This document shows positions 37,099 through 46,857 of a DNA stretch of 64,000 nucleotides, in pieces (the stretch's first letter is position 1; the number at the start of each line of letters is the position of its first letter). The notes under the pieces are model-generated. The model searched no databases. It was not told the DNA's origin and saw only the letters and a program-made list of their open reading frames with translations. The DNA is from an uncultured virus (IMG/VR IMGVR_UViG_3300028179_000157). Taxonomy: Duplodnaviria > Heunggongvirae > Uroviricota > Caudoviricetes. The stretch is from IMG/VR virus record IMGVR_UViG_3300028179_000157; one strand, 5' to 3'. A program made the position numbers and the translations under genes.

Positions 37099-38517
37099 TT
37101 GTCAATCATGTTTGAGATCGTGGACCATAACAAGCTGTTCCAGAGCTTGTCCGTGGATCCGCTTTTCATCAACGATTTCGATTTGAAAACGGAAGAGGAC
37201 CGTAAGCGGCTCGACTCACGACTGTTCACACGTTACGAGGGCGACTCGCCTTTGGACGTATTGCCGCGCTGCCAGTGCGGTCACCTGACAGGCGGACGCT
37301 TCACCGGGATGATCTGTCCCGAGTGCGGCTACCAATGTCTGGTGGTCAGTGAGCGCAACATCGAATCGGACATGTGGATGGCGCCACCGGAAGGTGTGCG
37401 TGCTTTCATCAATCCACTGATCTGGGTCATCTTCAGCAAGTACATGACCCACTCCGGTTTCAACGTTCTGGAATACCTGGTCAACCCGTATTACAAGGCC
37501 AACCGCTATCCCGAGCAAATCATGGAGCGCCTGCGTCGTGCAGACATTCCACGGGGTATCAACTTCTTCCATGACAATTTCGACAAGATCTTCGAGATTC
37601 TCATGAAGGAGCGCCTGCTGAACATCCGCAAGGATGAGAAGGCTGACCTGATCCAGTTCGTCAACGAGAACCGCCCCGCAATCTTCTCCAAGTACCTGCC
37701 GATCCCCAACAAGATGTCTTTCGTGGCAGAAGACACCAGCGTTGGGTTCTTCATGGACACGCAAATGGCCACCCCGGCCTTTGCTGCATTCCGGACGATC
37801 TCCGGTGCTGTGAACTCGGTAAGGCCGCTCTCGCTGGATGTCCTCCAGTCACGAGCAGTGAAAGCCAACGTGCTGATGACTCAGTACTACATGGCCTTCC
37901 ATGGCAAACCCTTCGGTGCACGTGAAGGGTGGTCGCGTAAACACATCTTCGGCTCGCGTCTGTTCTTCAGCGCACGAGCAGTGATCTCCTCGCTCAGCGA
38001 GAACCATCACTACGAAGAAGCGCACCTGCCGTGGTCCCTGGCCGTGGTCGGTTACAAGCTCCACATCCAGAACAAGCTCAAGCGGCTGGGCATGACGCCC
38101 AAGGAGGCCGCGCGATACATCAACGATCACACCCTGCGTTACGATCCGTTGATCGACAGCATCTTCAAGGAACTGATCGAAGAGTCGCCCCACGGCGGCC
38201 TGCCGATTATCCTGCAACGCAATCCTACCCTTGACCGCCTGAGTGCTCAGCGGTTCTTGGTGACGAAGATCAAGACCAACGTACGTGACGTTACCATCTC
38301 CATGTCGGTGCTGACTCTGGTCGGCCCCAACGCAGATTACGATGGCGACGCCCTGAACGTTATCCTGATTCTCGACAAGGATATGTATGACAAGCTTCAA
38401 CGCCTGTCACCCCACCTCGGGGTGCTGGACTTGATGGCCCCGCGAACCATCTCCAATAACGTGAAGCTGCCGGGTCCGGTAGTCTCGACGATTGCAGACT
38501 GGCTCTCAAGAGCATAG
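37099..38517 (+). CDS. Non-virion RNA polymerase beta' N-terminal/catalytic subunit (phiKZ gp55-like), uninterrupted
   Basis: Zn ribbon CQCG..CPEC, FSARAVI, QRNPTL, catalytic NADYDGD; GGAG 7 nt before the TTG start. Confidence 0.93.
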   Translation: MSIMFEIVDHNKLFQSLSVDPLFINDFDLKTEEDRKRLDSRLFTRYEGDSPLDVLPRCQCGHLTGGRFTGMICPECGYQCLVVSERNIESDMWMAPPEGVRAFINPLIWVIFSKYMTHSGFNVLEYLVNPYYKANRYPEQIMERLRRADIPRGINFFHDNFDKIFEILMKERLLNIRKDEKADLIQFVNENRPAIFSKYLPIPNKMSFVAEDTSVGFFMDTQMATPAFAAFRTISGAVNSVRPLSLDVLQSRAVKANVLMTQYYMAFHGKPFGAREGWSRKHIFGSRLFFSARAVISSLSENHHYEEAHLPWSLAVVGYKLHIQNKLKRLGMTPKEAARYINDHTLRYDPLIDSIFKELIEESPHGGLPIILQRNPTLDRLSAQRFLVTKIKTNVRDVTISMSVLTLVGPNADYDGDALNVILILDKDMYDKLQRLSPHLGVLDLMAPRTISNNVKLPGPVVSTIADWLSRA

Positions 38518-38591
38518 CGGGGATACGCGCGGCATACGGGAGGGGCGCAAGCCCCTCCCGCTATGTTGTTTCTCAACTTGGATGATCCCCC

Positions 38592-39125
38592 ATGGACACC
38601 ATAGACCCACAAGGTGATGATAACCGTCATGAGCTGAATACTCTACTCCATCAAACTCTCCGGTCCTTCTCTCGCAGACACTACCGCATTCCTGCCCACT
38701 TCGGCGGAAAGCAGTTCTTGTGCAATGCAGAGAATGACTTCAAGGTCTGCTTGAATAAGCGGAACGTAGAGATCGTAGGATTCTCTCACGACGGCGAAAA
38801 GAAGCGTAACCTGCGGGTCTCTGAAGTACACGAGACGGTGAATAACCAAGCCCGTATGGAATACGTTGAACGTTTGCTGGAGTTGTACAAGAGGACGATC
38901 GACAAGGACCGTAGCGGGATCTACTACGTTTTGGAACATCCTTACCGCGAAGGCGCCATCAGGAATCGCTTGCTGTCCTTCGCCTCCACAGTGCTAAACG
39001 ACAAGTTGCATCTGGGAGTTGAATATAGCTGTGCGTCTAACCTGATGCTTGTTACGATCAACAGTCACAAAGGCGATCGTCGATTGATGATGATGCCGAT
39101 CACCCCCGTTCCAAGAATACTCTGA
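38592..39125 (+). CDS. Hypothetical protein (177 aa)
   Basis: ORF with weaker codon bias; accessory-like. Confidence 0.6.
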   Translation: MDTIDPQGDDNRHELNTLLHQTLRSFSRRHYRIPAHFGGKQFLCNAENDFKVCLNKRNVEIVGFSHDGEKKRNLRVSEVHETVNNQARMEYVERLLELYKRTIDKDRSGIYYVLEHPYREGAIRNRLLSFASTVLNDKLHLGVEYSCASNLMLVTINSHKGDRRLMMMPITPVPRIL

Positions 39126-39229
39126 TCCAGTCCCCGTTAAGGGATCGCTGGGATTGCTGTACAATCGATGGCCTGTAATAGTTGGAAGAAGAAAAGAGTT
39201 CCCCCGCTCTTTTCTTTTGTCGTCAAAAC

Positions 39230-39250
39230 AGTTTCAGACCTACACTATCT
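39230..39250 (+). promoter_or_regulatory. Putative promoter; exact copy of 27459-27479
   Basis: AGTTTCAGACCTACACTATCT. Confidence 0.7.
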
Positions 39251-39312
39251 AAAAGAATACGGATGAAGGGATATGGTGTGATGTATCCCTATTCCACCTA
39301 ACGAGTCCAGAA

Positions 39313-39822
39313 ATGAAACAGGGGACAATTACCAAGGTGGCAATGGCGCTGTTTGAGGCCCTCGCGCCTGACTACTCAGAGGAAGAGAAGGTCAGATACG
39401 CGAAGCATTGCCACATGGTGACCGAGCACACCAATCCACGACGGATTCGGTATCGGGCAGGAGAAGTGTCGCTGTCGGGGCGAGCCAAGAGTGTTGAACT
39501 CCAGGCCACGTACCACGGAAAGACTACCTACGCGTTTCATCCGCCGCTTCAGAACCTTGAAGCGGAGATCATCTTCGCCATCCTTGACTGCTACAAGAAC
39601 GGTACTGGCATCAGCCACATCGTCTTGGAGGAGATCAACAAAGATGGCACGCAGCTCGCGGTTCGTGAGGTGTCGATCAAGGAACTGATGCGTATCATCG
39701 TACCCGAAGCCATTTTGCTGAAAGACAGCAATGCACGGGTCACGTTGGAGTTCGAAGACAAGTATCTACAATTAGGCGGCACAGGCGACGTTGCAGCGCG
39801 ACGCGTCTACTTCCGCGAATAA
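39313..39822 (+). CDS. Hypothetical protein (169 aa)
   Basis: Lies between a promoter and hairpin+TATGCC (39826-39854). Confidence 0.7.
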   Translation: MKQGTITKVAMALFEALAPDYSEEEKVRYAKHCHMVTEHTNPRRIRYRAGEVSLSGRAKSVELQATYHGKTTYAFHPPLQNLEAEIIFAILDCYKNGTGISHIVLEEINKDGTQLAVREVSIKELMRIIVPEAILLKDSNARVTLEFEDKYLQLGGTGDVAARRVYFRE

Positions 39823-39934
39823 ACCAGAGGAGGGCTACGGCCCTCCTCTATGCCCTAATCCCATAGATTCTATTGAAAATGGACTAAAAAACTACATAGA
39901 GAACCTACCATATGCAATCATTAGAGGAGCAGTA

Positions 39935-40555
39935 ATGGCCAGATTTTTCGAAGGGGATGAAGAGTCCTTTGACTACATGTTCTACGGGGAGCAAGACCGT
40001 AGGATGGAGTCGTTCATCTCTGACAGACTGGAACGTGCATCCTCAGGACTTCAGCGAGCAAGCTCGGAGTTCTTGGACCGTGCCAGAGGGATGTACGATC
40101 GTTTCTACAATTCGGATGCTGTCCGCTATGCTCGCGCTGCGGCGCGTGTGGTGGAAAGCGTTTGGATCAGTGATGAGGTTCGTCGCCTCACCAGCCTGAA
40201 GGCCCTGCAGACCGCCAAGCCGCGCATGCAGCGCTGGTTGATGGCTGAGCCCACCTACCGCAAGCTGTTCAATGAAGGCAAGGCTGCGGGCTATGGTGAG
40301 AGCTACGAGAACTTGGACCCCGGCAAGCTGGGTGAAGAGCACTACGACTATCGCCGCGTCATGTCTGGCATGATGATCGATGGTGAGGGTGACGAAGACT
40401 GGGTGGCAACGACCTACGACGAAGACCTGTACGACGAAAACGATCGTCTGTCGGTTGACGAGCAGGTGGACATCACCGAGTCCTGGCACCTGATGGCGCA
40501 CTACGCCAAACTGGGCAAGAATGACCCCGGCAGTCGTTTCGACGACGAGCTGTAA
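39935..40555 (+). CDS. Conserved chimallivirus core protein (phiKZ gp59-like, 206 aa; start moved to ATG 39935)
   Basis: GAGGAG RBS; MQRWLMAEP, GY...Y, HYDYRRVMSG motifs; synteny. Confidence 0.65.
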   Translation: MARFFEGDEESFDYMFYGEQDRRMESFISDRLERASSGLQRASSEFLDRARGMYDRFYNSDAVRYARAAARVVESVWISDEVRRLTSLKALQTAKPRMQRWLMAEPTYRKLFNEGKAAGYGESYENLDPGKLGEEHYDYRRVMSGMMIDGEGDEDWVATTYDEDLYDENDRLSVDEQVDITESWHLMAHYAKLGKNDPGSRFDDEL

Positions 40556-40609
40556 GAAATGGTATAGGCCGCCTCCATTTGGGGGCGGCACATTTCAACG
40601 GAGCTCGCA

Positions 40610-41005
40610 ATGCCTGGTATCTTCACGTTGTCTTCCAAAGGGCCTGCACGAAGCATTCAGGAGACCGCCGATACGGCAGTTGCGCACTTCCTGATTGCTG
40701 AGTATTCGCAGAGCACCATGTTCGCCGATAACGTCCAGTCGTTCCCCTGGATCATTCAGGCATTCTCCAGTGATGAGTCTGCCCTGAAGCGTCAGATCGA
40801 GGATCGACTGCAGCAACACCTGTCACATTACTTCGATGGTTCGCAGGTCGAAGTAAGCACCAGTGAGAAAGTGGTGGGCGATGAGAATCGACTGCATGTG
40901 GTTATCACCGCAACCGTGACTCGCGATGGCTATGCCTACTGCGTTGGGCACGAAATCAGTACCTACCAAGGTGCAGTGCTGCGCATCATGAAGCTCAGCA
41001 ACTGA
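40610..41005 (+). CDS. Conserved core protein (phiKZ gp61-like, 131 aa)
   Basis: GGAG RBS; TLS..G, EYSQS motifs; synteny. Confidence 0.55.
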   Translation: MPGIFTLSSKGPARSIQETADTAVAHFLIAEYSQSTMFADNVQSFPWIIQAFSSDESALKRQIEDRLQQHLSHYFDGSQVEVSTSEKVVGDENRLHVVITATVTRDGYAYCVGHEISTYQGAVLRIMKLSN

Positions 41006-41042
41006 CCTTATTTTTTTCTTTCAAAAACAGGCTCTATTAGAA

Positions 41043-42113
41043 ATGACCCAGACCGCAATGTTGCCGAAGAACGACCCGCGCGTTGGTGCTGAACTGGACA
41101 AGTTGATCCAGGCACTGAGCGATTTCGAAGCCGATGAAACCGGTGACCTCGGTAAGGCGACCAGCCAGCTGATCACCATCCTGCAGAACCCCGAAGCGGC
41201 ACTGGCCATCGGCGCCTTCCGCGATGACCTGGTGCAGCTGCTGAACCTGACCCAGCCGGCCAGCGAACAGCAGATCGCCGATGAACTGCTGATGCACAAC
41301 CCCGGCACCCTGCGCACCCTGGGCGACATGTCCGGCATCCCGTACGGCGACCGCGCCGGCCGCTTCGAAGGTCATGAAGCTGCCATGGAACTGGACACCC
41401 TGCAGGAACTGCCGGCCTTCGACGCAGGTGCCGAAGACATCGTCGGCGGCGCCACCAGCCCCGAGTACGACGAAACCGTGCGCAACGACTTCGTCCTCGC
41501 CGTCGGCCAGGTCGCCGATCCGGCCACGGCCGATCTGCTGACCCGCCTGTACGACCAGGTCCAGCAGGCCAACCGCAAGGTACAGCACCTGGAACAGCAG
41601 AACCGCCAGATGGCTGCCCGCCTGGCCGAGCCGCTGCGCCAGATCGTCGACGGCACTGCCCGCCAGATCGCCGAACTGCGCCAGGGTCTGGCTGACCTGC
41701 GCGATGACGCCGGCTACCTGTCCTTCGGCGCCTTCCACGACCTGCTGACCACCGCGTCCAAGAACGTGGACCGCACCATGCAGGCCCGCCACAACCATCG
41801 CATCAACAAAGCCCGCACCTCGGTGGAGTTCTCCGAGCAGAAGATCGACGACCGCTCGGTCCTGGTCACCCTGTCCCCGCCGAACGATCCGGTCACTCCG
41901 AACAAGTTCGAGGTGAAGAACCGCATCGACGGCCAGTGGGTGGACGTCTCCAAGGAGATCCCGTCCTACGCGCTGGAAATGGTCTGCGAGCAGCTGCAGG
42001 TCCGCGGCCTGAACGACGGCAAGCGCCGCTGGGCGAACATCGCCATCCAGCAGGACGAACCGGCCGCCGCCGAAGGCGAGCAGCACGACCACGACCACGA
42101 TCACCAGCACTGA
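41043..42113 (+). CDS. Hypothetical coiled-coil protein with a His/Asp tail (356 aa)
   Basis: Very strong codon bias; central heptad-like region; ends QHDHDHDHQH. Confidence 0.8.
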   Translation: MTQTAMLPKNDPRVGAELDKLIQALSDFEADETGDLGKATSQLITILQNPEAALAIGAFRDDLVQLLNLTQPASEQQIADELLMHNPGTLRTLGDMSGIPYGDRAGRFEGHEAAMELDTLQELPAFDAGAEDIVGGATSPEYDETVRNDFVLAVGQVADPATADLLTRLYDQVQQANRKVQHLEQQNRQMAARLAEPLRQIVDGTARQIAELRQGLADLRDDAGYLSFGAFHDLLTTASKNVDRTMQARHNHRINKARTSVEFSEQKIDDRSVLVTLSPPNDPVTPNKFEVKNRIDGQWVDVSKEIPSYALEMVCEQLQVRGLNDGKRRWANIAIQQDEPAAAEGEQHDHDHDHQH

Positions 42114-42171
42114 TCGTGAAGTAACCACTGACCCGGTGAATTAAGTAGCCGGGTCTTTCAAGGCGAAGAAC

Positions 42172-42771
42172 ATGTCCGACAAAGACAACGGGTCTGTCGA
42201 TCCCCGATCGATTGATCAAATCCTGACCGAGCGTCAGGCTGCTCCGTTCGTGAAGGCACTGAAGCACATTCTCGATATGAATGCCGCTGACGTGCCGACC
42301 ATCACCGAGCACGCCTTCAAGGCAACCATCCTGCCGTTGCTGACCTCCACGGAAGAAGAAATCAACCTGGAGCCGTGGGTACACGTTGCCGGTAGCCCGA
42401 ACCGTCCGATCAACGTGGTCGACCACACCGGGCAGTTGCTGTTCCAGTTGCCGGCCCTGATGTCCATGCGGGCCACGCATTACGCCATCACCAATGAAGC
42501 CTCCTTCTTGGAGATCTTCCGGCGCACTGAAGCCATCCGCATCAAGAGCCCTTACGCCGCGCGCCGCGCAGCTGAAGAGCTGTTGGCTCAGCGCGTGTTC
42601 GACCCCGGCGTGAACTACGACACCGCGGTCATCATGGATGGTATCTTCCGTCGTTACGGCGTGAAGCCGTTGTTCGAAGACGACGGCGACGATGGCACGT
42701 CAGCGCCCACTGCTACCACGGGCGGTGGCAAGACCAATATCAGGCCTCCCGATGCGTTCGAAGAGTTCTAA
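42172..42771 (+). CDS. Conserved core protein (phiKZ gp62-like, 199 aa)
   Basis: W.HVAGSP...INVVD..G.LLFQLPAL motif; precedes the SbcD-like nuclease. Confidence 0.55.
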   Translation: MSDKDNGSVDPRSIDQILTERQAAPFVKALKHILDMNAADVPTITEHAFKATILPLLTSTEEEINLEPWVHVAGSPNRPINVVDHTGQLLFQLPALMSMRATHYAITNEASFLEIFRRTEAIRIKSPYAARRAAEELLAQRVFDPGVNYDTAVIMDGIFRRYGVKPLFEDDGDDGTSAPTATTGGGKTNIRPPDAFEEF

Positions 42772-43900
42772 GTATCTGAAGACGATGCAGGTCGGTGATA
42801 TCCACACCGGCCATGGCAGAACCCCGACCACCCACATCCTCAACAATCTGCGTGAGAAGTTCAATCACGAGACCTTGGCGGATGTGGATCTGCTCTGCAT
42901 CAACGGTGACCTGTTTGACAAGATCCTCTACTTCCCTAACCCGGTAGTGATTGAGATCCAGTTGTGGGCTGACTATCTGCTGCGCGTCTGTGCCGACTGC
43001 AATGTCGTGCTGCGCGTACTGGAAGGAACTGACTCCCACGATGCCAAGCAGAACACCATGTTCACCACGCTGCTGGAGTCCAACCGTCTGACGTTGGATT
43101 TCAAGTACCAGAACACGGTGTGTATCGAGTACATCGAGAAGCTGGACATCAACGTGTTGTTCATCCCGGACAACTGGCCTTCGGGCATTGATGGGACGTG
43201 GCTGGAGGTGCAGAGCCTGCTGAGGGAGCACGGCTTGGATAAGGTGGACTTTGCCTGCATGCATGGTGCGTTCACGCATCAGCTGCCGGAAGTCGTTGCG
43301 ATCCATGGTGAGGGCGGGATGCACAACCCCGACCGGTACTCGGAGATCGTGGAGAAGTACGTCTTCATCAACCATGTGCACAAGCAATCGCGCTACAAGA
43401 ACATCATCGCACCTGGCTCCTTTGATCGCCTTGCCCACGGCGAAGAAGAGGACAAGGGGTTTGTTGTTGCCGAGATTGGGTACGACGGAAACGATAAGAT
43501 CACCTTCGTCACCAACCACAAGGCAATGATATACAAGACGGTGGATTGCTCAAACCTGACAGCGTCGGAAGTGTTCGAGAAGATCAATGCGTTGGTCGAT
43601 CTTGGAATGCTGCCCAATGGCTCCTACCTCAGGGTGCAAGGTAATCGCCACGATCCGGCCGTGATCGGTCTGAAAGAGATCCGTCGTGAGTTCCCCCTGC
43701 TCATCTTCGATGACCCCAAGGTCAACAAAGAGAAAGTCGTTGAAAGTACTCTCTTCACTGATACACGCAATCGTTTTGAAGAAATCACTGTCACACCTGA
43801 CAATCTAAAACAACTACTCATGCCTCGCATCGAGGCTCGACTGGGCGAAGGTGCCCAGTTAACAGGTGTATGCAGTTCCATCATTGATGAGCTTCTCTAA
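42752..43900 (+). CDS. SbcD/Mre11-like metallophosphoesterase nuclease (phiKZ gp65-like)
   Basis: GDIH, GDLFD, LEGTDSHD, MHG, NHVH, PGSFDR motifs. Confidence 0.88.
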   Translation: MRSKSSKYLKTMQVGDIHTGHGRTPTTHILNNLREKFNHETLADVDLLCINGDLFDKILYFPNPVVIEIQLWADYLLRVCADCNVVLRVLEGTDSHDAKQNTMFTTLLESNRLTLDFKYQNTVCIEYIEKLDINVLFIPDNWPSGIDGTWLEVQSLLREHGLDKVDFACMHGAFTHQLPEVVAIHGEGGMHNPDRYSEIVEKYVFINHVHKQSRYKNIIAPGSFDRLAHGEEEDKGFVVAEIGYDGNDKITFVTNHKAMIYKTVDCSNLTASEVFEKINALVDLGMLPNGSYLRVQGNRHDPAVIGLKEIRREFPLLIFDDPKVNKEKVVESTLFTDTRNRFEEITVTPDNLKQLLMPRIEARLGEGAQLTGVCSSIIDELL

Positions 43901-43911
43901 AGGAGAGTTCT

Positions 43912-45039
43912 GTGAGCAAGTTTGAGAGTGCTGTAAGTGTCGCATTGAACCAAATCAGCGCCCAGTTTGAGCAGCTGGCCCAAGCTGTCAGGACCGCTTT
44001 GCCCCATGCTCCGATCCCCACCGGTTATGGGGCTCCAGGGCTGCATTCGCTCATCAGCAACCTGAAGTTGGCCGGTGAGTGCGAGATGGCCGATACCGTC
44101 AAGATGCTGCGCGACACTGGGGCGATTATCCCCAACATGCCGATCGTGGTGAACTACCTCAACGATCGCGATACCGCGTGGGACGGTAGGCTCACCCTTA
44201 ACCTGAAGCGATTCATCGGCAGCAATGTCACGGTTGCGTCCGATTTCCTGCATCAGGTGGATGCGCCGATCGTTGTCCGTGATCCGGATGGTCGTTGGAC
44301 CTTCACCATCAAGGCCAAGGACAAGAACACCGGCTTCTATCGGGCAACTGACAAGAGTATTGAGATGACCCTGGAGTTTGTCGACGACAACACCTCGGCC
44401 AAGCTCAACCTCTCCCCCATGGGCAACATGGTCAGTCTCGATGCCAAGACCTTCGTGAAGCACCGCAACGAAGACGTGATGCACGGCAACCCGGCGGTGT
44501 TCTCGAAGGACTGGATCAAGAAGGCTGTCGAAGATCCTCTGGAAGTAGCGCTGATGGATCTGGCAGCCGCCAAGCTCGGCGAGCCGATCATGATCGACGA
44601 ACTGGGTCAGTGGTTCGCTAGCCATGCTGATCTGGTGCGGGCCAATCCGAAGCCGGCCGAGTACCATGAGCGCAGCGTCATGTTCGAGCGGTCCATGAAG
44701 GACGGCACTTACTACACGGCGACCACCCCCAGTCACCACAGCCTGGAGTCGGAGGAGTGCACGATCTTCTTCACCTTCGAGCATCAGGATCAGAACCAGC
44801 GCCTCAAGGCACATCTCCAAATGAAGTCCGTCGAGGGCGAGTACGTCCACGAAGGGTTCCAGCTGATGTACGAGACGGCCGACGGTCATAACCAGGGTAG
44901 CCGGTACTGGAAGAACAGCATGGTCGACAAGGCCGAGCTGCTGCGTCTGCAGCGCATCTACGCACCGGTGTTTGAAAAGCTCCGGACAGAGAAAGAAGAA
45001 CAGGAGGCGGCGCAGTCAGCTGACACTCCTGTCCACTAG
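43912..45039 (+). CDS. Hypothetical protein (375 aa) inserted in the core block
   Basis: AGGAG RBS, GTG start; no recognisable motif. Confidence 0.72.
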   Translation: MSKFESAVSVALNQISAQFEQLAQAVRTALPHAPIPTGYGAPGLHSLISNLKLAGECEMADTVKMLRDTGAIIPNMPIVVNYLNDRDTAWDGRLTLNLKRFIGSNVTVASDFLHQVDAPIVVRDPDGRWTFTIKAKDKNTGFYRATDKSIEMTLEFVDDNTSAKLNLSPMGNMVSLDAKTFVKHRNEDVMHGNPAVFSKDWIKKAVEDPLEVALMDLAAAKLGEPIMIDELGQWFASHADLVRANPKPAEYHERSVMFERSMKDGTYYTATTPSHHSLESEECTIFFTFEHQDQNQRLKAHLQMKSVEGEYVHEGFQLMYETADGHNQGSRYWKNSMVDKAELLRLQRIYAPVFEKLRTEKEEQEAAQSADTPVH

Positions 45040-45049
45040 GCCCAGGTGA

Positions 45050-45892
45050 ATGAACATCATCCAAAGAAAGTTGGAAGAGCGTGAGCTGGGGCAGATTCCG
45101 GTTTCGATCGGAACCTCCCTTGCACTGGAGGGCGCCTTCGGGATCTACCCGGAAAACCCCGTCAGTCCTCCGCCGATCCACTCGGTGAGGCGTGTGTACA
45201 TCAACGTGCGCACGCTGATCCGCAATGTGATCAATGGGCTGGATGCAGATGGCAAGGATCTGGTGACAGCCTCACCGATCTTTGACATCGTGGCTGAGGA
45301 GATGGAAATCATCTCAGCTGCAATCTCGCGTCAAGGCAATGCCAACAACAGCGTGGTCTTCTACGCGCCGTCGTACATCAGCCTGGCACGGAAGTTCAGG
45401 TTCGCCAAACTCTGGGAACCCAAGACCCCTCGACAGATTGCGCTGTTTGCAATTGAAGAGGCAGTCACCAAGCAGATTGCCAAGGAAGTGCGTACGGTCT
45501 CCATCTTGCACATGGACACCGACTTCCCCAACAACCTGCCGGAGAGCTTCCTGCTCACCCATTACCCGGTGGACCTGCTCTCCCGGTACAGTTTCAAACG
45601 TGTTGATCTGCTGGAGTCTCACACCGGTAAGATCAAGCCGTTCTCGCAGTGGTTCACCAAGCTCGGCGGAAGTAAGGAGTTCACCAACATCCCCTTCAAC
45701 CGGCTGACACTGCAAGTGTTCGGCGATGGCAGCAATCACTTCCTCTCGGGTCCGAACCCGTGGAAGAAAGCGGTCTTGGAGTTGGCGGCAGACCGTAACT
45801 GGACACCTGTCACCACTCCCGAACTGGTGGTCGATTCCATCAGGCGGTACAAAGATCCGCTCATCAAAGGTCAGCTACTTTCCCTTCTGTAA
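45050..45892 (+). CDS. Conserved core protein (phiKZ gp66-like, possible PIN/5'-nuclease-like fold, 280 aa)
   Basis: PVSIGTSLALE, YINVRTLIRN, THYPVDLL, LLESHTG motifs; synteny. Confidence 0.65.
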   Translation: MNIIQRKLEERELGQIPVSIGTSLALEGAFGIYPENPVSPPPIHSVRRVYINVRTLIRNVINGLDADGKDLVTASPIFDIVAEEMEIISAAISRQGNANNSVVFYAPSYISLARKFRFAKLWEPKTPRQIALFAIEEAVTKQIAKEVRTVSILHMDTDFPNNLPESFLLTHYPVDLLSRYSFKRVDLLESHTGKIKPFSQWFTKLGGSKEFTNIPFNRLTLQVFGDGSNHFLSGPNPWKKAVLELAADRNWTPVTTPELVVDSIRRYKDPLIKGQLLSLL

Positions 45893-45950
45893 TAACTGAC
45901 GGGAGTAGCAGATAAAATGTACAACGCACTGCACGGGAAATAAGACCAAA

Positions 45951-46718
45951 ATGGCTTACGGAAACAACAACCAGAGCAACCAGCCGAAGGTGGCGCCGAA
46001 CATCCTGAACGACTGGGATCTTCGCATGATCGGCGACCCGCAGCAGGGTGCCAAGAAGCCGCCGGCTCTGAACTGGCGTCTGAGCAACACCAAGTCCGGC
46101 ACCAAGGCCGTCATGCAGGTCCGCACCAATGTACCCGGTGCCAAGGACGACGGCCTGATCTCGGCGCAGTTCAACACCCGTGACTTCTTCGGCGGTTTCC
46201 TGGGCATGTTCAAGCGCCTGGAGAAGCTGGAAGCCGGCAAGCAGCTGGTGATGGGCAACAACCGCTTCTTCAACGGCAAGCAGAACACCGTCTCCAAGAC
46301 CATCCTGGGCAAGGAAGCGGACGGCGCCTGCTACATCGGCCTGGTGGCCCGTGATCAGGCCAACGTGAAGTTCTACTTCGGCCCGAGCGAGAACCACTTC
46401 CTGACCTACGCCGACGGCACTCCGCTGTCGAAGGAAGAAGTCAGCCTGATGTACGCCGGCCAGTACGCCGAAATGCTGCTGCACTTCCTGGGCAACCTGC
46501 TGACCTCGGCCTACGTTCCGCCGCCGCCGCGTGATGGTGGCTTCCAGGGCGGTGGCGGTGGCGGTGGTGGTTACGGCGGTGGCAACCGCGGTGGCCAGGG
46601 TGGCGGTGGTGGTGGCGGCTACGGTGGTGGCGGTGGGGCTGGCTTCCAGTCCAACGGCGGCTCCGGTGGTGGCTTCGACGCAGGCTTCGGTGGCGACGAC
46701 CTGCCGGAAAACTTCTAA
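45951..46718 (+). CDS. chmC: ChmC-like nucleus-associated single-stranded nucleic-acid-binding protein (phiKZ gp67-like)
   Basis: Immediately upstream of the gp68-like subunit; beta-rich core, long Gly-rich tail, acidic end (GDDLPENF). Confidence 0.68.
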   Translation: MAYGNNNQSNQPKVAPNILNDWDLRMIGDPQQGAKKPPALNWRLSNTKSGTKAVMQVRTNVPGAKDDGLISAQFNTRDFFGGFLGMFKRLEKLEAGKQLVMGNNRFFNGKQNTVSKTILGKEADGACYIGLVARDQANVKFYFGPSENHFLTYADGTPLSKEEVSLMYAGQYAEMLLHFLGNLLTSAYVPPPPRDGGFQGGGGGGGGYGGGNRGGQGGGGGGGYGGGGGAGFQSNGGSGGGFDAGFGGDDLPENF

Positions 46719-46803
46719 GCGGCCGGATGCCGTAGACATACCGACATATGGACACGGGAGCATCTGCTCCCGTGTCCAGTCTACCCCTGTCAACTGAAAA
46801 AAA

Positions 46804-46821
46804 GTTCAGCCATACATTACC
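46804..46821 (+). promoter_or_regulatory. Putative early promoter
   Basis: GTTCAGCCATACATTACC, one mismatch to TATATTAC. Confidence 0.55.
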
Positions 46822-46857
46822 CATATGGCGCCCTACAAATAAGACAGGAACGCAGCA

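Noticed and set aside
46535..46695. GGC/GGT repeats
   Set aside because: Encode the Gly-rich tail of the ChmC-like protein; not a DNA repeat element.
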